DNA of 63,463 nt, filler included, from Folioceros fuciformis (taxonomy: Eukaryota): assembly GCA_049999805.1 (NCBI GenBank). It is 14 parts of 14 records of this genome, joined end to end, with 100 filler letters (N's around TTAATTAATTAA, not from the genome) between each part and the next. Parts side by side here need not be neighbours in the genome. Positions count along the whole stretch, not along the records: positions 47,216 to 51,721 come from JBNGIO010001990.1; positions 51,822 to 54,367 come from JBNGIO010001991.1; positions 54,468 to 59,632 come from JBNGIO010001992.1; positions 59,733 to 61,713 come from JBNGIO010001993.1; positions 61,814 to 63,463 come from JBNGIO010001995.1; 9 more parts are not named here. One strand, given 5' to 3'. The notes under the pieces were generated by a model that saw nothing but the letters and a program-made list of their open reading frames with translations, ran no database searches and was not told the origin of the DNA. Shown in pieces: positions 48,691 through 63,463 of this stretch (the stretch's first letter is position 1; each line of letters begins with the position of its first letter). Made by a program: the position numbers and the translations under genes.

Positions 48691-50710
48691 ATGGGCAGCG
48701 CCATGGCCGATGAGTGTGCGCAGGCCCCTTTACTTGCACAAGAAACTCGTGTGAATGATGCTAGCAGTCATGATAAGTACCGTCCAGATGTCCAGCTCTT
48801 ACCTGATACTGGTCTAGTTAGCGAAGAAGGACATCTTCGAGAAAATGGCCAGGCTGATCCAGGGGGAGATGCTGCCGTTGTGCTTCCGGATTTCAAGACG
48901 CTATTTTCCAGTGAGACTCTGTGGAGGAAGGATGAACTGAGGAGATTTCGGTCTAGTCTCTTCTGGCTTGGCCTTGATCAATCCACTGGTTTGCGCATTG
49001 GAGTGTCCTTCCTAATTTGCTTGACGGCTGTTCTGCTGGAACCCCTTCTCGAAACCTTCTATGTGGAATGCCCGAACTGCGACGAACAGCATAGCCACCC
49101 CTTCGAGGTGCTTGTGCAGTGCTCCGAGTCTGGTTTGGCTTTAGTGTCTTTCCTGTTTTTGTCCAACACACTCCGGAAGAATGGATTGCGGAAGGTTTTG
49201 TTACTGGATAAGCTCGTTGGGGAGCCTGCCGAAGTGCGGGAAGGGTATACAAAGAAACTACATGTATGTTGTTTGTTTCCTGTCGCTTGTGGTGTTTGGA
49301 GTTCGACTCAACTTTGAAATGCACTGTGTATGTTCACTTGGAACTGTAGGATTTTTGAAACAGCTTGTTTATACTGCAGCTTGAAAAGCGAGGGATTGAC
49401 ATTCTGGCCGTAACTTTTCTGATGCAGAGTGCTTTCCGGATGCTGGGTTTGATCCTCCTTCCATGCTTTCTGATTGAACTACTACACAAAGGCTGGTGGT
49501 TTGCGTATGTTGAAGTGGATATACCTTATCTCACTTTACAGCCCCTCGAAAATGCTGTCATCTGTGCGGTTGCCATGTTGTCTTGGCTGTACAAAACCAC
49601 AGTTTTTCTCTTTGTATGTATATTATTTCGGCTTATGTGTTCGCTCCAGATACTGAGACTTCAAGCGTACAACAGACTGCTTGAGACCACGCCTAATGTC
49701 GCGCTAATCCTCTCAAGGCATTTTCTAATTCATAAGCAGCTCTCCCACATAAGTCACAGGTTCAGAACCTTTCTGGTAGCCTCGCTCCTCACAATCACCT
49801 TCAGCCAATTCATATCCCTCTTTGTAATCACGGCGTCACCTGGGATAGTCAACTTCTTCAGAGCTGGTGACTTGGCGGTTCGTCCTCGATCCTTCTTCTT
49901 GGTACGTTACTCTGAGGGCCGGTCAGTGCGCAGGATCTGACAATCGGGCACTTTGCAGGTCTGTTCCATCACACAGCTCACTGGAATTGTGATATGTCTC
50001 CATGGAGCTGCCAGGATAACCCATAGAGCTCAGGGAATAGTATCTATAGTAAGTCGTTGGCATGCAGCAGCCACGTGCTGGCCAGATGCCCTTGCAGTGC
50101 GCACAAGCAGCGATGTGCCAATTGCAGAACCTTTTTCTGCCCAGGACATTGGCCCTGCACATCCTTGGCTCCAAGATGATGACCTAGAGGCCTCCTACGT
50201 GGTGTGTGCAAATCCGTTAGAGGCAACTCCGCATGATCCTGCAGCCTATCAAAAGCGACAATCTCTTGGTAAGTTATTGGTGTCATCTATTGAAATGTGA
50301 TGGGGACTTGGAGTAGCTGCAGGAGCAGGCGTCCTACATGTTCCCTCTCATTGATTGCTGTGTTTTATTCCCTCGAGTCTTGAGTCTGACCGTCATTTGT
50401 GCCTGCAATGCAGTGACTTATCTGCAGCATTCCCCTGCTGCCTTCTCGCTCTATGGATTCATAGTGGATCGCAGTAGCATAGCTCGACTGTTGCTGTAGT
50501 GTTTTGCTCTTGTTAGATTTTGAGTATTCCTTAGTTGGAAATAGGCGACTGACGCTCTGGTTTTCAAATGCAGTAACATACCTTCAGCATGCCAATGCTG
50601 GCATTTCGATATATGGTTTCGTTCTGGACCGCGGCTCTCTTTACGCCATTTTTGTTGTAGAATTATCACTGTCGCTGTGGATTCTCGGCAAAACTGTAGG
50701 GCCTACCTAG
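48691..50710 (+). CDS. DUF3537 plant multi-pass membrane protein (exons ~48691-49263, 49428-49877, 49959-50268, 50574-50710)
   Basis: DELRRFRSSLFWLGLDQS, GLRKVLLLDKL, SWLYKTTVFLFVCILFRLMCSLQILRL, ISHRFRTFL, AARITHRAQ, YQKRQSL|VTYLQH..GISIYGFVLDR..WILGKTVG. Confidence 0.9.
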
Positions 50711-51512
50711 CTCTGCAGGCATCCAGCGGGTCTATCTTGCTTGTGCACAGATTGAGAGATCAGACCCATATGGCGTAGTTCTGGTCGACGAGCACAAGCT
50801 GTCGGAGGGGTTGCCACTTAAATGTCTTCCAAGTGTAAGTCACGCTTAACGCATTCTATCATGGTTCCAATGAACTTGTAAACTATGTGTAACTGGTACG
50901 TAAGAAAACACACATAAGCTTGACATACATGGGCCACACTGCGAAGTACACGGAAATTAGCAAACCGAGAACAGCTCCTTCCGAATATTCCGGTGTGGAG
51001 TGAACTCCATACCATCACTGTTTTTCTGAGTCTCGTCAACACTGTAGGGCCATCCTAGCTCGGCTGGAATCCGACGGATGTATCTCACTCGCCTGCGCAT
51101 GGAAGGGACCCATGTGCGTCCGATCCACGAGCACAGGCTGTAAGAGGTACCGCGGCTGTTCAATTTCTTGTCAGTAAAATATAATTCAGTCTCACCGTAG
51201 CTTCACCTGCGGGAAGCGGGCCCACTTGAGCATGGAATGGTAGAGTGATGCGATGTATAACGTTTTGTCATAACACATACACAACGACATCACACAAATA
51301 GGCCCCATTTCTAGAAACACTACAAAATTGCAGACTGAGAACAGCTCTCCCAGTCACTTACTATACGTGGGAAAGTCACGAAAGGGACAGAGACCTTCAC
51401 AGAATTGCGGACTGGGAAAATTTCTCCCAGTGACAAACTCTACACGAGGAAAGGGTACGAAAAGGGCAGGAGAAGTTCTTAGCCTGATGTACAGACTCCC
51501 TCTAAAGCCACG

Positions 51513-51721
51513 CTACTGCTTGGCCTTCCTTTTCTTTGATAAGGACTCTCGCCTCCTTTGCTCCCTCTGCGAGTTCCGTCTCTCTTCTCTCTGCTTTGAA
51601 ATCTGCTCTTTCGAGGGAAGAAGTTTCAACGCCTTTCGATTCATCATAGGCCTCGTGACCTTCCCTGCGGCTTTTCTTGTATGCTCCAAAGGCTGCTCAT
51701 CCTGAGGAGCAGGACCTACAC
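51513..51721 (-). CDS. Basic 3' end of a gene, possibly NOP2/NOL1 rRNA methyltransferase
   Basis: ...LPSKEQISKQREERRNSQREQRRRESLSKKRKAKQ* recalls the 'EI.KAREEKR' tail of plant NOP2; only the tail is visible. Confidence 0.4.
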
Positions 51722-51821
51722 NNNNNNNNNNNNNNNNNNNNNNNNNNNNNNNNNNNNNNNNNNNNTTAATTAATTAANNNNNNNNNNNNNNNNNNNNNNN
51801 NNNNNNNNNNNNNNNNNNNNN

Positions 51822-52560
51822 CTCATGTAGGGCAACATACAACTTCAGCTGTGGAAGGATTCCATAGATTTATAAAAGAACGTGCAGCATTTAGCAAGTC
51901 AAGTTTGCCTGGCCATAGATTAGACTGGTTACTACACCAATTAGTGAATATGGTTGCCCGACATTATTGGTACTAACACTTTACGAAAGAAGGGGGACAT
52001 ATGCATGACAAGAAGTTGGAGGCTTTGAAGGAAATCGGTATGAAGGGTGCAGAAACTATTCCTATTAGCTCAATTATTTTAGCGCATGCCGAAAATGCTG
52101 CTGCACATTATTTGTCTTCACTGACCCCTAATTTGTGGTATGCGATTGAACATGTTTATTCTCCTTGGGCTACATGCTCATGTCGAATGGGGAACAAAGG
52201 TTTCATATGCAAGCATGTTGTGAGAGTTCAATAACTCTTGGGCATATAAAAGGATGGTGCAGCAGCAGCTAGGCAAAATAGAAGAACAAATGGAGCGTAT
52301 GTTGCTAAACGTAGTGATACCAACAACTTGGCTATGGCTTTTTGGATGCAGGATCAAGAAGCTCCACACATTGTGTTGCCTAGTAACTCCTTGGTGGCAC
52401 TAATATGTAAGACACAATTGGAGATGGCAAAAGAAAAACGGTTGGATTTTATTAAAACGACATGTGCTAAAGTATGTGATACCGCATTTGAGCATTCAGA
52501 TTTAGCTTTTGGGATAGCCTGCATTATGGAGCAAACTCAACAAAAGCTGAGACAGTAAGT
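51822..52560 (+). mobile_element. MULE-type transposase remnant with SWIM zinc finger
   Basis: HRLDWLLHQLV..HYW, then WATCSCRMGNKGFICKHVV (CxC-xn-CxH, 52175-52216); multiple stops. Confidence 0.75.
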
Positions 52561-52947
52561 GACACAGGCAGACGAAGAACCTCAACGGAAACGAGTGTTG
52601 GAAACTTTTGTTGAGAATGAGGGCACGAACAGACTGAAACAATTTGTTGGTTTAGAAGAAGTTGTGTGTAGGAAGAAAAAGACATTGAGGTGGAACATAG
52701 GCTGTTGATAGAGGGTGGATTGATGAGCTAAAATAGGCTTTTGGTTTTAGAAGCTGACCAATCCACTTTTGTAGGGTGCTGAGAGGAGATAGTAGATAGC
52801 ACTCAATTTTGATTGGGTCAATTACGCTTTTCGTGTTAGAAGGTCAGAATCCACTCTTCTGTTTTCAGAAGGTGAGAATTCGGCTCAATGCTAGTAGCAT
52901 GCACTATGTACAGCAACTCCTCCAAACCCGGTGAGGAAACTTGAGCA

Positions 52948-53656
52948 CTAATCGATCGAACATGCTTCTGCCACAGCTTTTGCCACCTTCTCGAGACCGA
53001 ACCTAGAGTTATACACGTTTGTGAAGGATCGCAACATTTCAGGCCCCCACTCAGAGCCGAAGACCAGCTTTCGGATCAAGTTGACACTGGAGTCAATGTG
53101 TGCATGCTGAGACATTATTCTTGCCATGTCTTGAGCAGCTTTCACTTTGTTTGTCGACCCTTCTGGTGAATGCTTGTATTGGAAAATCAATCGCAAAGGG
53201 GACAAGGAAGAGAAGGATTGATGTCAGACATGCAAAAACCAGTTACCCTCGTCCCTTCCAAAGTTCACAACAAATCCACATGAAGAGTAATGATGCTTGT
53301 ACCTTGTGCCAATAGTGCACCAAGTCAACATGACATTGATTCACAGCCAGTGACTCCCTAGCAGGCAGATTGTTCCCGGAAATGCCCATGTCCAACAAGG
53401 TAGGCCTGTTGACGTTCGCATTTAGAGGGTCATAGCCTAAGAAGAGAGATAATTTGTCACGTATTGCATCACATGTGAGCCAGATCTGTAAGTGTTGTCA
53501 TTCGAGGTCCTCTTCTCCACCTGTTAAAGAAGAGGAACACCAACAAGGAGATGAGCACAAATAAGTCATGTAATTAAAGGAACAATATCGTGTCTCTCAA
53601 AACTAACAAGAGGACATGAGATGCAAGTTTCTGCACTCACTACGAGGTACTGATCT
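52948..53656 (-). pseudogene. Legumain / vacuolar processing enzyme 3' fragment with introns and internal deletions
   Basis: DQYLV|VEKRTSNDNTYRSGSHVMQY...GYDP...VNQCHVDLVHYWHK|YKHSPEGS...HIDSSVNLIRKLVFG...RSFTNVYN...AEACS. The DDWDCLK...YGMKH segment and the catalytic core are absent. Confidence 0.82.
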
Positions 53657-53927
53657 ACATGAGGCGTGAATCCACATGGTCTCTCATGAACATGGTTTTA
53701 GGCATGGTCTCAGCATTTGCACCAGGCAGCAGATTAGGTGTCTTATCACATCTGCACCGCTTTCTTTTTAGATCGGTTTACTGGCGATGAGAAGTGCATA
53801 GCTTTGAAAACCTGATTTGAAACTTGGACTTCAAACCGACGGGTTTGGAATCCTTTCATCCCAAGTATGGAAAGTCAGGTATGGAAATGCAGGTACAAAG
53901 AACGGGTGCAAAAACCCCAGTATGCGA

Positions 53928-54083
53928 CGGGAACCACAAACTAATGTTGCTGCTATGTCTGTATGTTGATATGAAGCCACAATACATCGGGTTGTGCATC
54001 GGCACGGGAACCACAAACTAATGTTGCTGCTATGTCTGTATGTCGATATGAAGCCACAATACATCGGTTGTGCATTGGCACGG
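53928..54083. repeat. ~77-bp tandem duplication
   Basis: cgggaaccacaaactaatgttgctgctatgtctgtatg... at 53928 and 54005. Confidence 0.92.
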
Positions 54084-54149
54084 GTCTGCTAACCGTATTT
54101 GCCTTAGTGGCCATCGGGTATCGATGGGAAAGCGTATGGTCCACTCACT

Positions 54150-54367
54150 CTCACGCGCTCCCTCTTGCTCTCTTGGTCTTTCTTGCTCTTGCCTTCTCTC
54201 TCTTGCTCTCTTTGTCCCTTGCCTTCTCCCTCTTGCTCTTGCCTACTCCCTCTTGCTCCTTGCTCTCTCCTTCCTCCCTTGCTCCCTCTTGTTCTTGCTC
54301 ATGCATGCTCCCTCTTGCTTCTTGCTCTCTCCTTCCTCCCTTGCTCCCTCTTGTTCTTGCTCATGCA
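54150..54367. repeat. Pyrimidine-rich degenerate repeat
   Basis: ctcttgct/ctcccttgct units running into the gap. Confidence 0.9.
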
Positions 54368-56577
54368 NNNNNNNNNNNNNNNNNNNNNNNNNNNNNNNNN
54401 NNNNNNNNNNNTTAATTAATTAANNNNNNNNNNNNNNNNNNNNNNNNNNNNNNNNNNNNNNNNNNNNCAACTTCATAAACCATGACTTCTCATAGAAAAT
54501 ATATCATTGGTATGCTTAATAATTATACCTACTCTTTCTAAGCATACATGATAAAATTTTAATATTTTAAATATCATATATTACTAATCATTAAAATTTG
54601 ATTTTAAGTATGCATAATAAAATTATATATTTTAAATATTCTGTAGTATTAATCATTAAATTTTGAATATATCTTAGATAAGTACACACCTTTTTAAGGT
54701 ATTAATTAGTTAATGTGATTTCACACCTTTTTAAGGTATTAGTTAGTTAATGTGATAGTGTTTGGGTTAAAATAGTCAAAATTTACCAATTAGCAACTAA
54801 AATTACAATTTAGCTATGTGCCATTGGCAACTCTAGTGGTAGGTAGACCTTTTTAATTCCTTGATCACGTTATGTTAGGTGTTGTTGGTAACTTTAAAGA
54901 GGGTGGCTTCAGAGGCTATATCCGTCTTCTTTTTCGATAAAGTCTTCACTCTCTAGTTTTCTTTTCTAGACTAAATGTATAATCTTTGTCCATATTTCTC
55001 TCTTAAGAGGGATATTTACACTAGACATTTCTTCTTCCAAATTTTGCTTCAAGGATAACATTTACACTCGATGTCCCTTTACATACACGATGAACTAAGA
55101 CTATACTTTAACATAGTATAAGAGCTTATACTAAGGACTCAAGTCTTAATCCTTTGTATAAGATGAATACCGTGTTTCTATTGGTGCTAGTTACTTGTAC
55201 TTTATGTCTTGTCGATGGTCACTATTATTCTAATCCTAAATTTGTGGGAATACCCCTAAATAATATGCGTCTATGGTCCACAACCCTTTGATGTCTATTG
55301 CTAGCAAAATACCCTTAGAGTTCAGGTCCACTCTTTATAGGTACCTCGTCTCACGAAGTACAAAGATAATAACAACTATGGTGGTAGTAGCCTAACTTCT
55401 CCAAAAAGCAATTGTTCATAGCCTAAGCCTTATTAATGACATTTATACTTCATGCGTATCTTAACATGAAATGAGTTTGGATTACACTCAAGTACATTGC
55501 AATACCTTGTACCTAAGACTTAGATGGATTTGAACAAGAATGAATTTGTTTATTCGTTATAGATGGTCCAATAAAACTCGACATCAAACTCAATATCGCT
55601 GAAAGAATTGAAATAGGAGATATACGGATGTACTATACTTAAGGCTCTTCAATATTTTTTGTACAACAAGTGAGACCCCGTTGCTATGGATAAGGACTTT
55701 TCTTACCTTCTTGGTTAATCTTTGCACTTTCTAACATTATTTGTTTATCTCCATACTTGCCTACATTGTTGGTTAACCTTTGTTCTTCCTTCCTTGTGTA
55801 GTTGATTTTATGGTTATTTGGTTATTCATCTTCTACTAGAAGCAATAGGCCCATGTGGTATATCTTTTATATAATAAAATCTCTATTCTCATAAAAAATA
55901 AAATAACTATCTATATCATTAATATTTGAAAGATATACCCCTACCTAGAAGTGCTCCATCATCATGGAGTAGTTGGTTTTAAAGAAATAATAATTTAAAA
56001 AAAATGTGAAGGGAAACAAGCAAATGAGGCGCGGTAGCTAGGACCTTGACACTTAAGTATGGTAGGTTCATACCGAGCCTCCGGGGTGTAAGTGGTACTT
56101 ATGTGAGTCTGGGTTTGGTGTTCAAAACTGGAAAGGCCAAATCTGTACCTTGGCGTTGCGCAGACGAGACGTAAAAACTTAAAAAAGGAAAATCCGTACC
56201 CTCGCTTTGTCGATATTTAGACCGCGTCCTTTGCAAACCTAAAGCAAAAGAGGGATTTGGTAGTGGTGGCGAACGTTACTTCAGACAGGTTGTAGGGTTC
56301 ATATGCTAGGGCGTCCAGTCGGGTGGTTTATCGGCCGCTCAGACCTTGTCTCAGCCGGTGTGAAGCTCTTGGTATCTTGAGATACCTTCCTCTCGAGCGG
56401 AGCCTCTCCAGAGCCCGAGCCGTGTGGCCTTGCGTTGCTGGTGAACGAGGTGGGCGCCTCGCCTCTCCCAGATCGTTGGCCCTCGCCTTGAGCCGGGCCT
56501 ACCGTCGGCAAAGGCAGGCGCGTCTTGTAGGCAACCTCTGAGTCCACTTGTTGTGTCGGTGCCACTCAGCTGTTGCT

Positions 56578-59632
<3,055 letters not shown>

Positions 59633-59732
59633 NNNNNNNNNNNNNNNNNNNNNNNNNNNNNNNNNNNNNNNNNNNNTTAATTAATTAANNNNNNNNNNNN
59701 NNNNNNNNNNNNNNNNNNNNNNNNNNNNNNNN

Positions 59733-61713
59733 GACGTGTACCCTTCGGTGTCCGTTGGGGTCTCACCAAGGTAGACATCTCGGCTCCAGGTCAAACAAAT
59801 CCTACCCTCCCTGGTCTTGGGGTCCCATTCAGGTGGTTTGAAAGCCACCTCCTTCCTCCCCCATGACAGCCTGCACCTTGATCCATAAAGCCAGGTCCTG
59901 CCCAACAAGATGTCGTAGCCTGGTGCCTTGTGCTGAATGACCACAAAATCGAGAAGGTAGGGAATGGTCCCTATGGTCGTGGTTACCCCTCTTAGCTCCC
60001 CTACCGGCTGCATTCTGGACATATCAGCTAACCTCAAAACTTTAGTTGTGTGCTCGATCTCCAATCCCAGTTTCTTGGCTGTATCCTCCGTCATAATATT
60101 CACCCCTGAACCTGTATCCAACGGCACCCTCTCAATCACGCAGCCTGCAATTTCCACCTGCAGTTCAGCCGGTCCTTGGTCCACCATGGACACCATGTTG
60201 ACCATAGGCGCCGACAACCTTGGCCCTGATTTAGGTAGCCTTTTCCTCCTCTTGGGCTGGGTCTCCTGTAACACCTTCCGAACCTGCTGTCGATACTTAG
60301 GGTTATCCTTTAAGAGCTGGCCAAAGGTGACAGCAAATCGCTGGTCCATGATGGCTCCAGCCAAATCAAACGGCTTTTGGTCAGCTCCATCGGTCCCTTT
60401 TGTCGCAGTTGCCACCTCCCTAGGTGGCAGACTTGCAGCCACAGGAGCTGACTCCCTGGCTGCCCTGTCCAGCTCCTCCTGGATCATGTCCAGCACTTCT
60501 CTCCTCACATCTGGAGGAAATTCCAGGTTTTCCCCCCTTGCTGGAGCTGCTCCAGCCTCTCCAGCCCCTGATTTTCCCTCTTTAGGGATCTGCCCTTCTA
60601 GGTCTCCCCCTTCTTGACCTGATTCCTCTCCATCCGGAATACTCTTCTCCTCCTCCTCCAATCCTGCAGCTGATTCTACTTCCTTCCCTTTCTTCTTGGC
60701 AGCCCGCTGCCTCCCTCTTCTCTTCCCACTGCGGGTACATACAGCCATGGCTGTATCCTCCCCATAGTAACCCTCCTTGGTGCTATCCAGCCCCTCCAGC
60801 CTCCTAAGAACCTTGGCTTCAGCCTCCTCCCAAACAGCCATGAGGGCATCTTCCACGTGCATGGCTGTTGCGGTCCCTTGAGGTGCTGCTTGCTGCACCC
60901 CCGTCACCGCCGGCTGAGCTATTCTCATGCTCTTCCTAGGGTTCTGGCAAAGCACGCTGCCCGCCACGTGCCCCTGCTATTTGCAGTCCTCGCACAACCT
61001 ATCGAAATCCCCATTGGCCTGCCTAGTTGCTGATGGACAGTTGTTAGCATAGTGCCCAAATCCACGACAATTGTAGCACTGGACGACCCCCCCTGGTTGC
61101 CCAGCCACTCTTCCCACCTGGTTGTTGCGACCACCCATGGCCATAGGGTTTCGCAGAATCGACGGGTGGGTGGTCTTGGGGTACTGCTGACCTTGGGAAA
61201 ATTCCTGGATTTGGTAGGAGTCCTCCACCGGCCACTCCTCCTCCTCCAAACCATAGGCCAGCAAGTGCACCTTGGCCCCTTGGCAATGGGTCTTGGTGTG
61301 GCCTTGCTCACCACAAGTGGAACAAAACAAGTTAGCCCTGCCACTAGCTGCAGCCCTCCTCCTCTCATGCTCCTTAACAGCATGAAGGTGGAACTTCTCA
61401 AATTTGCTCAGCATTTCCTCCATCTTGGATTCTTGCTGTTCCACCTTCTTGACTGCAGCCTCAGCCTCTTTCTTAACTTGCTCCACTTCCCTCTTAGCAT
61501 GGGCCACCTCTTGCTTGGCCTTGGTCAAATCTTTGGCCTTCTTAGCCTCCCTCTTCTTCCTTGCCATCTCCTGCTCCTTCCTCTTCCTTCTTCTCCTAAC
61601 AGCCTCATCCTCCGAGGACCCCTCGTCCGAGCTGTCTTCCGCTGAAGATGTGGAGGACCCTGCTGTTGATCCTTCTGAAAAATCACTCTCCTCAGAGGAT
61701 GATTCCTCCGAGG
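59733..61713 (-). mobile_element. Ty3/gypsy gag-protease fragment (second, diverged family)
   Basis: CSTCGEQGHTKTHC, CYNCRGFGHYANNC, CEDCK*QGHVAGSVLC; VEIAGC..PLDTGSGVNIMTEDTA..LLGRTWLYG parallels the element at 41585-45929. Confidence 0.93.
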
Positions 61714-62626
61714 NNNNNNNNNNNNNNNNNNNNNNNNNNNNNNNNNNNNNNNNNNNNTTAATTAATTAANNNNNNNNNNNNNNNNNNNNNNNNNNNNNNN
61801 NNNNNNNNNNNNNTGCTGATCCTGATGTGTGGATCCTTGAGGTACTTGTCCCAAACCCACCGCACGACCTTAGCTCTTGCCGCCAGCTCCCAGCGAGCGA
61901 GTCCGGCTGCCTCCCGCTTCCCGGCTCCAGAAATTCTTGCCTCCCGCCGGTCATCCACCTTATTCATCAGCAACGAGGATAGGGCATCCATCCTGTGATC
62001 GACCGGCCTGTCGCTGAAGCGATACATCCCCACGAACCATCTGACCGCAATCCCTGCACTTCCAGAGAGAACTGACCACGCCCCCAGGCATAGGATGACA
62101 GTTAGGTCCCTTGCCTTGTACCTGTTTTTCCCAACCCATTCTCTCGCGGGAGGAGCCACGCTCTCCTTCCCATCCTCCTCCATCACGATCCCAAGAGCAA
62201 TCAATCAACTAATCTACAGCCTCGTACGCCGCAGCAGCCTTGCAGCATGGAATGCGCATCCGCAGCTCCCTGACCAATCCTAGCTCCCCTGCATCGCGCA
62301 GGCCTAGCAGCTATGTACCATACTGCTCCTCGCTTGCGCTGCCTGCAAGAACGGGCTACCAGAACCTTCCTGGAAGAAGCCTCTCCTCCATCTCCAGAAA
62401 ACCGCAAAGAAAGGGCCTTCTACCCCCGCTCCAAGAAGAGGCCTGATGCGGCCCTTCCGCCGTCAGGACAAAATGTTGCTGTGCGCGGTGTCTCCGCCAC
62501 CAAGCCCTCCCGAGTTCCGGGAGCTGCCGGTGGCCACATTCTGGGGTCGCCGTGCTGCCTCTCGTCGACCTCCCGGCCCAGCAGCCTACGACATGATGGC
62601 GCCACGCCAGGAGGGTGAGAGCGGGA

Positions 62627-62710
62627 TCCTCCAATTACGGCATTCCATGACACCACATCTCTCACGGCCAGAGAATCGAACACTTTTCGTGCATCTCCGA
62701 AGCTCCCGCA
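62627..62710 (-). pseudogene. Isolated PLS-class PPR motif fragment
   Basis: CGSFGDARKVFDSLAVRDVVSWNAVIGG fits the KCGS..DAR.VFD.M..RDVVSWNAMI.G consensus of PLS-class PPR motif junctions. Confidence 0.7.
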
Positions 62711-63070
62711 TCTGGTTGGGTTGCACACCCTTGTCTCACAAACGTAATCCGCAACCGCAGTGCTGAGCCACACTACGGGCTTCCAAAAACGCAATCCTGC
62801 CAAACCTTAGATCCCATCTTCCGCCACTATGGCTCAATCCACCTCAGCGTCAGGGGCTGCCATCCGTCACCACCTTCTTCGGCAATCACCAACTCTTGCC
62901 CTGCACGTCAACACATTTTACCTCCGCCCTTGCCTCCGTTTATTTTCGAAGAACAAATACAAGCTCAGTCTCCGAGCGCACTCCCCTTCATTTCGCCTTT
63001 TCCTAACCTTCATCACCGTCTCCACAACAACCGCCTCCATAGACCACCCTGGTCCCCAAAGATCGAGAGC

Positions 63071-63262
63071 TCACATGCTCCCCTCCCCATTTGTTTGCGT
63101 CCTCGCAAACAACGCGTCCTGTGGATGATAATACTTCTTTACCTTCCACCCATTGACACGGGTGGGTAAGAATTCTCCATTCAGCTCCCGTAGCTGAATC
63201 GACCCGTTTTCAAAAACATGGGTCACTTCATAGGGCCCCATCCATCGGAGTCGAGAGCTCAC
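63071..63262 (-). mobile_element. Ty3/gypsy integrase C-terminal (GPY/F) fragment
   Basis: LRWMGPYEVTHVFENGSIQLRELNGEFLPTRVNGWKVKKYY is typical of non-chromovirus gypsy integrase tails. Confidence 0.88.
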
Positions 63263-63463
63263 ATAAGTGTTCCCTGTTTACTTTTATGTCAGCATCCCCA
63301 TTGCTTTCTTCTCACAGTTCTCTAACAAGCTCCCACTTGCCCTGCAGGATCTGAACTAAGGCTTGAGGAAGAGCACAGCCTTGAGACTGAGGAGAGGATC
63401 TCTGTGAACCTCCAAAGTTTGGGGTAGTAGTTTGTTTTGGTTGAAAAAGGGTTAATAGTGGTA

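Noticed and set aside
54032-54367. Hydrophobic Leu/Ser/Pro ORFs resembling membrane proteins
   Set aside because: Translation of a CT-rich simple repeat.
54468-56000. AT-rich block upstream of UAP56 with a short duplication at ~54685-54755
   Set aside because: Probably a decayed repeat; no ORF, terminus or motif I can support.

Overview
This is eukaryotic land-plant nuclear DNA, not one contiguous locus. Fourteen short contigs are concatenated with 100-bp artificial spacers (N44-TTAATTAATTAA-N44), so adjacency across spacers has no biological meaning. Short GT-AG introns, compact genes and the gene set suggest a seed-free plant (bryophyte/hornwort- or lycophyte-like); this is inference only. 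Host genes: organellar RecG helicase, a GH13 alpha-amylase with long N- and C-terminal extensions, PDV2-type plastid division protein, FAP1-type chalcone-isomerase-fold protein, a plant RING/Zn-finger-like protein, a DUF3537 membrane protein, UAP56/SUB2 helicase and a probable NOP2 3' end. About half the window is transposon-derived: three degraded Ty1/copia elements, several Ty3/gypsy pieces, multiply nested TGTGG...CCACA LTRs and a MULE/SWIM remnant. The most unusual observations are: (i) a degraded ParB/Srx-like ORF (GGNH motif) just downstream of an array of about 14 palindromic ~41-bp repeats; (ii) a PPR-motif fragment in an extra ORF 3' of a gypsy integrase; (iii) a duplicated terminal exon in the DUF3537 gene; (iv) legumain/VPE fragments beside a MULE remnant (Pack-MULE-like); (v) two AT-rich intronless orphan ORFs flanking RecG that share a short motif. 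All family assignments come from motif recognition by eye, without database searches.
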